Of a stretch of 24,000 nucleotides of DNA, positions 15,715 through 22,765 are shown in pieces (within the stretch, counting starts at the first letter, position 1; every line of letters begins with the position of its first letter). Where the stretch lies: NCBI GenBank assembly GCA_028691315.1, contig JAQUZN010000001.1, positions 121,238-145,237 on the forward strand. Reading direction: 5' to 3'. The notes beneath the pieces were generated by a model, which saw nothing but the letters and a program-made list of their open reading frames with translations, ran no database searches and was not told the origin of the DNA. The stretch is from Candidatus Izemoplasmatales bacterium. GTDB taxonomy: Bacteria > Bacillota_I > Bacilli_A > Izemoplasmatales > Hujiaoplasmataceae. The translations under genes were made by a program, and so were the position numbers.

Positions 15715-16899
15715 TTATAATATATATTTAGCAAAATATTCTATATCACTTTCATTAATATAAATATTACTAATATTATCGTTCTCTTCTATTTTAATTC
15801 CTAAAATTCCTGATTTACCCACTTCTAATTCAGCAGGTATTTCTATACTTCCTACATAAATAGAAGAATGAATAATTTGATTAATGAAAGCAATAAAATG
15901 ACGCAATTCATCAATATCAGTTTCTTTCGTGATCTTATAGATTGCAAATTTCCATTCATTATCATCTGTATGAATATCTATCATTCTACAGAATAACATT
16001 CTATTTTGTTGTCTTAACAATAACAATTTCTTTCTTGCCATTTCAGCAGTCTCTTTATAATCAAGTATATTATTCACTTCATTGATTCTTGTAATATGAA
16101 TGGTTCTTACCGTTTGGTGGGGAGCTTCCATTAGATTCTCTTTCAACTCCAACATCAATTGAATCATTTGGTCAAATCGATTATCCGTTAAACGGATATA
16201 ATTATATTGTTTTTGGTCTTTAATTGCTTTCTCTTTTGCTAATTGTTTTTTTCGATATTCTTCCATGTTTCTTGTATTCGGATTATCTCCACCATCTTTA
16301 ATATCAAATACCAGATTATATGGTTCATAATAATAATCAGTAATCCATTGATGTGTCTTACCATTAAATTGATAATCAATCACTGGTCCAGGCGCAGTTA
16401 AATCCGATGATTTTATATGAAAGAAATTATCCATAAAAGATAAAAATGCTTTTTCATAGCTTCCTACATAAGAAAGAACTCCACCATCTTGAAACTTATA
16501 TTTCCCCGATATGGATCGATTCTGTAACATCTTATTTTGAAACTCAGGATCGTTTAAAAAATCCTCTTTTGTTTTGCCATGTTTCTTATATAATCGATCT
16601 GCCGTTTGTTTGATATATGCTTCTTTACAAGTCTTTCTATTACAGATTCTATCGTACCGAGCTTTTGATTCATCCCATGGAGTTTCTCTTCTACATATCA
16701 CACAACTACCATTTGTTTTTTTATTAATTAAATTAAATATCACTCTTGTAGAAGAATAACCTTCAGGAATCATATCTTCATGAGTACGATCTACATGCGT
16801 AATTAGTTTATTTCTTTCTAATCTTTTCTCACAATAAGGACACTTATATTTCTTTGTATATTTCGGTTGGATTTTTATAATCTCGTTACCATTCGTCAT
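15715..16899 (-). CDS. zinc-finger protein with putative PD-(D/E)xK nuclease core
   Basis: It has an N-terminal CPYC...H(x4)H motif and a second Cys cluster (CVIC...C...C). The central SYEKAFLSFMD...YQFNGKTHQWITDYYYEPYNLVFDIKDGG fits the SxxE..FL..D / D...(D/E)xK layout of restriction-endonuclease-fold enzymes. The C-terminal ~130 aa are unassigned. Confidence 0.45.
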   Translation of the reverse strand: MTNGNEIIKIQPKYTKKYKCPYCEKRLERNKLITHVDRTHEDMIPEGYSSTRVIFNLINKKTNGSCVICRRETPWDESKARYDRICNRKTCKEAYIKQTADRLYKKHGKTKEDFLNDPEFQNKMLQNRSISGKYKFQDGGVLSYVGSYEKAFLSFMDNFFHIKSSDLTAPGPVIDYQFNGKTHQWITDYYYEPYNLVFDIKDGGDNPNTRNMEEYRKKQLAKEKAIKDQKQYNYIRLTDNRFDQMIQLMLELKENLMEAPHQTVRTIHITRINEVNNILDYKETAEMARKKLLLLRQQNRMLFCRMIDIHTDDNEWKFAIYKITKETDIDELRHFIAFINQIIHSSIYVGSIEIPAELEVGKSGILGIKIEENDNISNIYINESDIEYFAKYIL

Positions 16900-16934
16900 T
16901 ATAATTTATCCTCTTTCTTTCGATTTTTCATCAT

Positions 16935-16946
16935 TATATTATTGTT
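16935..16946 (-). promoter_or_regulatory. AACA-N6-TA element (AACAATAATATA) upstream of the 394-aa gene
   Basis: The reverse complement of 16935-16946 is AACAATAATATA, starting 47 nt upstream of the ATG at 16899. Confidence 0.35.
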
Positions 16947-17034
16947 TCCAGTCTATATACATGCATATAAAAGTACAATGATAACTAGAAATTAAAATTG
17001 TACTAATCTATAGGAAAAAGAGAGGTTTTTAATC

Positions 17035-17268
17035 ATGGATTTAACAATTTCAGAACAGATGAAAGATATATTATCAGAAAGATTTGAATTAGAAATATGT
17101 GAAACAAATAAGGATACCGGTCTTGATATTTTAAAAGATGGTTCTTATATTGCCACTATTTATGATTCTTCTGATTTTTATAAATTTGTCTATCAATATG
17201 CTAATTTAACTACAGATAATAATACATTAAAACTTTTTGACAATATGCTTATAGAGTTATTTAATTAA
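17035..17268 (+). CDS. hypothetical protein (77 aa)
   Basis: The ORF has an AGAGAGG SD about 9 nt upstream and is the first gene of a co-directional, tightly packed block. Confidence 0.6.
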   Translation: MDLTISEQMKDILSERFELEICETNKDTGLDILKDGSYIATIYDSSDFYKFVYQYANLTTDNNTLKLFDNMLIELFN

Positions 17269-17279
17269 AGGAGATAAAG

Positions 17280-17663
17280 ATGCCAGTTCAAAAAGAACAT
17301 GTATTTTCATTAAATGAATTTAGAGAATCAAAAGTATTAGAAGGAAAAGAAGCCATTGCAACATTATTGGTTCGTATTATCCTTCTACAACCAGGAACCA
17401 ATCCTGATCATCCAGAAATGGGTGTGGGGTTGGTTGAGAATTATCGATATTCGCAAAAAGATAATATTGATAATCTTAAAAGAGAAATACAGAGTCAAAT
17501 TCAAACATATTTACCTAGATTACAAGCCACGAATGTTAATGTATTACTAAATCCAGATAATACATTAACGATCGGTATTCAGATCGATGATGTGATCTAT
17601 CAATTTGAAACATCAGAACTTACAGATAACGATATAAGGTTTAATGATATAAGTGAACAATAA
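17280..17663 (+). CDS. baseplate wedge protein, gp25/GPW-like
   Basis: AAAGGAGA SD. EAIATLLVRIILLQPGTNPDHPEMGVGLVENYRY...NLKREIQSQIQTYLPRLQATNVNVLLNPDNTLTIGIQIDDV aligns along its length with T4 gp25 (SIKNSLLGIITTRKGSRPFDPEFGCDL...VERNIESAVRNYEPRIDKLAVNVIP...YTLIVEIRFSV). Confidence 0.65.
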   Translation: MPVQKEHVFSLNEFRESKVLEGKEAIATLLVRIILLQPGTNPDHPEMGVGLVENYRYSQKDNIDNLKREIQSQIQTYLPRLQATNVNVLLNPDNTLTIGIQIDDVIYQFETSELTDNDIRFNDISEQ

Positions 17664-17682
17664 TAGAGGAGGAAAATAAAAG

Positions 17683-19860
17683 ATGAGTATGAACATTGAC
17701 GATTTGAGAACACAAAATAGCGGAGCTGCAACAAGCCCCGTGGAAGTTCAACAAGGAAATATCGTTAATATTAATTTAAAGCTATCTGCTGAGGAAAGAG
17801 AAGAACTCCTTAGAAAACGTATGGAGAACAAACCAGATAATATAGATGAAGAAGTTCTTGCAACTGCTCAGGGAGAAGATCTCGGTAATGGTATTCGAGA
17901 GTTTGTACCAGAAACTTTGGGTATCTTCAATAAACCTCAGGAAGTAGAAAAAGATGATGCAATGAAAGCCCTAGAAATCTTTGATAAGGAGATTTTCCCA
18001 CAGAAAGTCGAAGAAATGGAACAGTTTAATGCAGCGCTTGATGTGGCTGGTGAACTAACTGAAGAAGAAGTTCTCCAGATGCAAGGTAAAGATTATATCA
18101 CAAAAGTTGTAGAAGAACCAAGACGACTTGGTGCTTTGAAAACAATCGATCTTACTGATGAGGATGTAAAAGCAAAAGAATTGAAACAAAAAGAAATATG
18201 GGAAAGAATTGATGCTGAAAGATCTCAAGATATTGATCCATCTTCAGATTCTCAGAAATCATATGAAAAAGAAATGGGTATTGATCTTGATAATTTGAAT
18301 CTGCCCTACGCTCCAGAAGAGGTGGAAGCTATGCCAAATCCTACAATGGATGATGAAGACGCATCGATTACATATAAGACAGAACAAACCGAATTAGTCA
18401 TTAAAGGAGATAGCGTAGTAATGGAGACTTCACATTCTAAAACAATAAAAGCCACTCAATTTGAAGATGCTACTGGTATAGTAGATAATGTTACAATTGT
18501 AGGTGGATTAACTAAATCAGCAGATGAATCAACCACATTTTCAACCGAATATACAGGTCATGATGGTGTTAATGAAGGATTTATCGGAAAGTTTGTAAAT
18601 ACAGGTGTAACTGGAAATATCGGGAGTTGGGATTTGCCGAGTGAGGATACTGATACTACAAATGTAACAGAGAATACTTCCAATGAAGAAATAGATGAAT
18701 CTGATGATGATTTTGTTCTTCCGGAATCCCAGATTATTGAAGATGTCTCCCCATATAATGAATTTGCTAACGATGATGATGAAGATCTGAAAGAAGATAA
18801 AGAATCTGAAGATCTTGAGAATATTGATGGTAAAGAAACTGATGAAGAGATTATGAATCGATTTAAGAAATCTATCAAAGAGAAGATCAAACCGGTAACA
18901 AAAGCATTTGATATTTCTACATATACAGTAGTGAATAAAGCAGTTCCATTTAGTAATGCTGTGCAGAGTCAGACCACTCATTTCCGTTCTGCGAAATGGG
19001 CGTTGATGAATAGTGGTAGACCAATCACTATGAGATCCTTCTTAGCTACTGAATTTGATGCAATAAGTAATGGTTCAAGAGGTGATACTCGTTATATGAC
19101 TGTAAAGAAACAATACAAGATGATCTTTGATCATATTATGGATCCGAAACCGAAGACTGTTGAAGAGTGGGCCAAAGTTAATAGTTTCCTTGATTTGGAT
19201 CATATTTGGTTTTCTGTCTATCGTGCATCTTTTGAAGGGTCTAATTACATTCCGAAAGATTGTGTGGATACTACAAAATGCCGAAATGTATTCCTGACAG
19301 AAGATATTCCGTTGATGGATATGGTAAAATTCGAAAGTAAAGAAGTTCGAAAAGAGTTCTTTAATATTTTGAATAAAGAAGCAGACATGACTTCTAATAT
19401 GTATGTATCTGAAGTGGTACCGATTTCTAATGACTATGCAATTGCATTGAGAGAACCATCGATTTATAATATTGTATTTGAAACTGCTCTGTTGGAAGAA
19501 GACTTCCTAAATAGTCATCAAGATCTGGTTTCTGTCTTGGCATATATTGATCAGGTATATAAATTAGATCATACAACTCGTAGTATGGTTCCGATTAATT
19601 CCCCATACTTTGCGAATAATGAAACAAAGACCTATAAAACAAGAATTAAAACACTATCTAAAATATTAGACACTTTGACTTCTGACCAGTATCGTTATAT
19701 CCTTACACTGATTGATAATATCAATAAGCGTGGAGATAAAGTAACTTATATTCATCCTGAAATGACGTGTCCGAAATGTAATACTAAAATTCCCGAAGCC
19801 GTTCAGACTCCTCAGAACATGGTTTTTCTACGGCATCAGTTGGTCAACTTCGCGATCTAG
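17683..19860 (+). CDS. hypothetical protein (725 aa) with a long acidic low-complexity centre and a C-terminal CPKC zinc-ribbon-like motif
   Basis: GAGGAGG SD. Long ORF; no family recognised. Its 3' end may continue in the -1 frame (see finding). Confidence 0.75.
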   Translation: MSMNIDDLRTQNSGAATSPVEVQQGNIVNINLKLSAEEREELLRKRMENKPDNIDEEVLATAQGEDLGNGIREFVPETLGIFNKPQEVEKDDAMKALEIFDKEIFPQKVEEMEQFNAALDVAGELTEEEVLQMQGKDYITKVVEEPRRLGALKTIDLTDEDVKAKELKQKEIWERIDAERSQDIDPSSDSQKSYEKEMGIDLDNLNLPYAPEEVEAMPNPTMDDEDASITYKTEQTELVIKGDSVVMETSHSKTIKATQFEDATGIVDNVTIVGGLTKSADESTTFSTEYTGHDGVNEGFIGKFVNTGVTGNIGSWDLPSEDTDTTNVTENTSNEEIDESDDDFVLPESQIIEDVSPYNEFANDDDEDLKEDKESEDLENIDGKETDEEIMNRFKKSIKEKIKPVTKAFDISTYTVVNKAVPFSNAVQSQTTHFRSAKWALMNSGRPITMRSFLATEFDAISNGSRGDTRYMTVKKQYKMIFDHIMDPKPKTVEEWAKVNSFLDLDHIWFSVYRASFEGSNYIPKDCVDTTKCRNVFLTEDIPLMDMVKFESKEVRKEFFNILNKEADMTSNMYVSEVVPISNDYAIALREPSIYNIVFETALLEEDFLNSHQDLVSVLAYIDQVYKLDHTTRSMVPINSPYFANNETKTYKTRIKTLSKILDTLTSDQYRYILTLIDNINKRGDKVTYIHPEMTCPKCNTKIPEAVQTPQNMVFLRHQLVNFAI

Positions 19861-19871
19861 TTGGAATAGCC

Positions 19872-20036
19872 ATGAACTTGGCTAGTAACTTTAGAGGCAG
19901 GTTGTCATACACTGATGCTCTTAACCTTGAAATGCATCATTTTCAAACTTTAAGACACATGATGTATCTTGAGAGCTTATCGGAAGAAACAAAAGAGCGA
20001 AAACAGATGGAAGCATTAGAGGACGAAATATCATAG
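19872..20036 (+). CDS. 54-aa ORF, more likely the -1-frame C-terminal extension of the 725-aa protein than an independent gene
   Basis: Below the track's size cut-off. Hand translation: MNLASNFRGRLSYTDALNLEMHHFQTLRHMMYLESLSEETKERKQMEALEDEIS. There is no SD before its ATG. Its frame is open upstream back to 19788, overlapping the end of the 725-aa ORF. Confidence 0.4.
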   Translation: MNLASNFRGRLSYTDALNLEMHHFQTLRHMMYLESLSEETKERKQMEALEDEIS

Positions 20037-20054
20037 AAAGGATAGACGAATGGA

Positions 20055-20420
20055 ATGATACAAGACAGAATTCAGTTTGTTAATTCATTAGAATTAAATG
20101 ATGGATTGGCAAAAGAAATAAGTATTAAACATTATTTCGATGAACTTATGGCATTCTATGATCTGATAAGCCTCGATCCGAATCGTGAAGATGGCGTCAA
20201 GAACTTTTGGTTTGAAAATGATCATAACTTTGCTATGAATATACAATTCTCACAAAATGAAAATCTTCAAAGTTTTTGTGAAAAATTGAGTTTATTCGAT
20301 GGCACGGTTTTTATCTATGGTCTTTACTATAGATTACATTATAAATCAAAACGTAATCTTTGTACGGTTCAATTATCGGTCTTATTGGATGATGAAGATC
20401 CAAGAAGTTCTATATCATAA
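20055..20420 (+). CDS. hypothetical protein (121 aa)
   Basis: ORF from the track. The SD is weak (AAAGGA/GGA). No family recognised. Confidence 0.55.
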   Translation: MIQDRIQFVNSLELNDGLAKEISIKHYFDELMAFYDLISLDPNREDGVKNFWFENDHNFAMNIQFSQNENLQSFCEKLSLFDGTVFIYGLYYRLHYKSKRNLCTVQLSVLLDDEDPRSSIS

Positions 20421-20502
20421 ATCAATGGGCGATTATGTTGAGGTCAGCATAATCGCTCTCCTTATGTCACATATAAGTAATTGAAAGGGGTGAATATATC
20501 AA

Positions 20503-21839
20503 TTGGAATCATTGAATTTAAGAAATCTTATGTTAGAATATATTGATGATAATTACAATAGTGATGTTATCATGCTAAACGAAGCCGGTAAAGGAACAAG
20601 TCTATTAGAAGTTGAATTATTGGATGATGAAGACTTTATTAAGAAGAACCAAATAGAACCAATCACAAATCCAATCTTCTTTGTAAGAGAAGGAATTCCT
20701 TCTACCGATGGTTTATTATCAAATCAAATTTTTGGTATCACAAAAGAAGAACGATCTAACACATTTGGTTATATCGATCTTGGTGATACTTACATGCATC
20801 CTCTTTGTTATAAAGTATGGAGTCGAATGGATTCTCGTATTAAAGATATTGCTCATGGAACAAAAAAGTTTATCATCGAGAATGGTGATTTTGTTGAGAG
20901 TGAGAATGGTGAGAATGGTATGGAGTTCTTACGAAAGAATATCAATAACATTAAAATCCGTTCTACCGAATCTCGACAACGTGATAAAAAGATTAAATTC
21001 TTAATGAGTAATCGAAATAAAATGTTTATTAAAAAATTTATGGTTATCCCAGCATACTATCGAGATGTGGAAACTAATTCTGGTGGTAAAGTTGGGGTAG
21101 GTTCTTTAAATAAGCATTATGCATCTTTGATAATCTCTGCTCGATCATTAAAAGAAACTCAAGAGTATGGTCTCAACGTATCTGAAGCTGTGCGTGGGAG
21201 AGTGCAAGAAACAATTCTCGACATATATAACATACTTAGCGGAACTTCGGACGACCCCGATGCCGGAATCGGCTTATCTTCAAAAAGAGGGTACGTAAAG
21301 AGTGCTGTTATGGGGAAAACAGCAGATTATGGATCTCGACTGATTATTTCTGCACCTGAGTTAAAAGTAGAGGCTTTAGATGATCTAATGGTAGATATGG
21401 ATTATTGTGCATTGCCATTAGCATCAGCTATTACAAACTTCTTTCCCTTTATCGTATTCCATGTTAAACGTTTCTTTGAGAATAACTTTCATGGAAATGA
21501 ACAATATTCTACGATCAATAAAAAAACAGGTAAAACAGAATTCGTAACGATTAAAGACCCATTAGAAACTTTCTCTGATGAGAGAATACGAAAAGAGATG
21601 AAACGATTTGTTAAAGGTTACTCTGATCGTTTTTCTCCTATAGAGATTCCAACAACTAATGGCGATATGGTAAGAGCAAGATTTACCGGAAAAGAAGTAT
21701 CCGCTGAAGATATGAAGAATGGAAATGTATCCGGTTCTTCTGCTTTAATACAAAGAGATTTAACTTGGTGTGATGTATTCTATATGGCGGCCACAGAAGC
21801 TGTCAGAGATAAGCATGTTATTATTACCCGTTTTCCGAT
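20503..21839 (+). CDS. multisubunit RNA polymerase beta-prime-like subunit (N-terminal fragment type), exon 1
   Basis: TTG start preceded by GAAAGGGGTGA. Beta-prime blocks are present: STDGLLSNQIFG (cf. ERDGLFCARIFGP), FGYIDLGDTYMHP (cf. MGHIELAAPVAHIW), VIPAYYRDV (cf. VLPVLPPDLRP), MGKTADYGSRLIISAPEL (cf. LGKRVDYSGRSVI) and VIITRFP (cf. VLLNRAPTLH). The exon ends at T21839, the predicted 5' splice site. The track's tail KEEIQVSARPVMV is intron read-through. Confidence 0.85.
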
Positions 21840-22215
21840 AAAAGAAGAAATTCAAGTGTCGGCTAGGCCAGTAATGGTCTAGAAATAACTTTTCTAATTG
21901 CTGGAAATCCTTAAAGCCTCAGAGACCACAACGTAATTCATAAGAATAAGCGTGAGGGTTATCGAAAGATAGAAAAAACGTCTGAGGATGATCTATGGTG
22001 ATAGTAAGCCTAAGGATCGTATAAAATAGGTGATCAGCAGCTAAGCATCTTTATAAAAAGATGAAAGTTCAACGACTATCCGAAAGGAGTAGGGTTCAAG
22101 TGAATTCGAAATGGAAAGCATCCTTATGGGATGAAGATATAGTCTAGTATCCTAATGAAAGTTAGGGAAGTTCATAAGAGAACTGCGTAGCTTAACGACC
22201 TACGTGAATACCACG
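21840..22215 (+). ncRNA. group I self-splicing intron (ORF-less, 376 nt) in the RNAP beta-prime gene
   Basis: The classical core elements appear in order: P AATTGCTGGAAA (21896-21907), Q ATCAGCAGC (22033-22041), R GTTCAACGACTATCC (22067-22081) and S AAGATATAGTC (22134-22144). GCTG/CAGC forms P4 and GACTAT/ATAGTC forms P7. In P1, exon CCGAU (21835-21839) pairs with GUCGG (21858-21862), giving a U:G wobble at the splice site. There is a 7-bp P2 hairpin (21863-21882) and GAAA tetraloop hairpins (TATCGAAAGATA, CCGAAAGG). The intron ends in G22215 (omega-G). Confidence 0.9.
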
Positions 22216-22621
22216 GGACAGTTGTTTTAATAACATGGTTGCTAAAGTAAGAGTCTCTACTGTCAAATATATGGAAAAGGTTTATGTGAATGGAACCTAT
22301 TATCCGTTTTACCCAAAGATTAGACAGAAAGATATTAGTTCTAACACGAGTGATAAATTTATTGATACATTGATGATTAGTAATCTTATGCTCAAAGGAG
22401 CCGGTGGTGATTATGATGGAGATCAAGTATCGGTAAAAGCTGCATGGACACAAGAAGCCAATATTGAATTGGATAAGTTTATCAAATCAGTTTCAAATTA
22501 TATTGATCTTGGTGGTGTCAATATTCGAGTCTCAACAAATGAAGCAGTACAAGCTTTATTTAGTATGACAAAGATATTAAATGAAGATAAAGCTAAGATT
22601 CAAAAACCTATTTTTACATAA
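22216..22621 (+). CDS. RNAP beta-prime-like subunit, exon 2 (carries the catalytic DYDGD loop)
   Basis: Joining AT(21838-21839) to G(22216) restores the frame: ...VIITRFP-M-DSCFNNMVAKVRV..., parallel to bacterial NRAPTLHRLGIQAFEPVLI. GGDYDGDQVSVKA (Asp triad 22409-22423) corresponds to NADFDGDQMAVHV. The ATG at 22235 in the track is internal. Confidence 0.85.
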
Positions 22622-22626
22622 TACTA

Positions 22627-22670
22627 TATATGGTAATCCAGTGATATTTGGATTACCATATATTTATTGT
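22627..22670 (+). terminator. rho-independent terminator after the beta-prime gene
   Basis: 14-bp stem TATATGGTAATCCA (22627-22640) / TGGATTACCATATA (22649-22662) with an 8-nt loop, followed by TTTATTGT. Confidence 0.6.
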
Positions 22671-22765
22671 AAATTAAGTTAATTATACTTGCATATTATT
22701 ACTGTGATATAGTAAGGTAAATGTAAACAAAATAACAAATTTCAAACAAATAGGAGGAAACAATT

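Noticed and set aside
16574-17550. Track ORFs 16574-16759(+) and 17356-17550(+)
   Set aside because: The first is antisense to the 394-aa gene. The second is an alternative frame inside the gp25-like gene. Neither has a start context.
18541-18981. Two long minus-strand track ORFs (146 and 110 aa) inside the 725-aa gene
   Set aside because: They mirror the GAA/GAT/AAA-rich acidic segment of the sense gene, so the antisense reads as TTC/ATC/TTT (Ser/Phe/Ile-rich). This is a classic compositional artefact, and neither has an SD.
20429-20456. Hairpin GCGATTATG / CATAATCGC after the 121-aa gene as a terminator
   Set aside because: It has a 9-bp stem with a 10-nt loop but no downstream T-tract (TCTCCTTATG), so I did not call it a terminator. 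It may be a weak attenuator or a coincidence.
20299-21004. Track ORFs 20299-20484(+) and 20708-21004(+)
   Set aside because: They are alternative frames overlapping the 121-aa gene with its downstream hairpin, and the beta-prime exon 1. They have no homology signal or RBS.
21840-22453. The 14-aa tail of track ORF 20503-21882, the ATG at 22235 as an independent start, and minus-strand ORF 22172-22453
   Set aside because: The tail and the upstream part of the second ORF are intron sequence. The beta-prime alignment continues across the predicted splice junction, and ATG 22235 has no SD. The minus-strand ORF is antisense to the intron 3' end and exon 2.
22689-22715. TTGCAT ... TGaTATAGT as a sigma-A promoter for the 22766 ORF
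   Set aside because: The -35/-10 spacing is about 13 nt, which is too short. Only the extended -10-like TGaTATAGT is reasonable, and the phage appears to encode its own RNAP, so this is not called.
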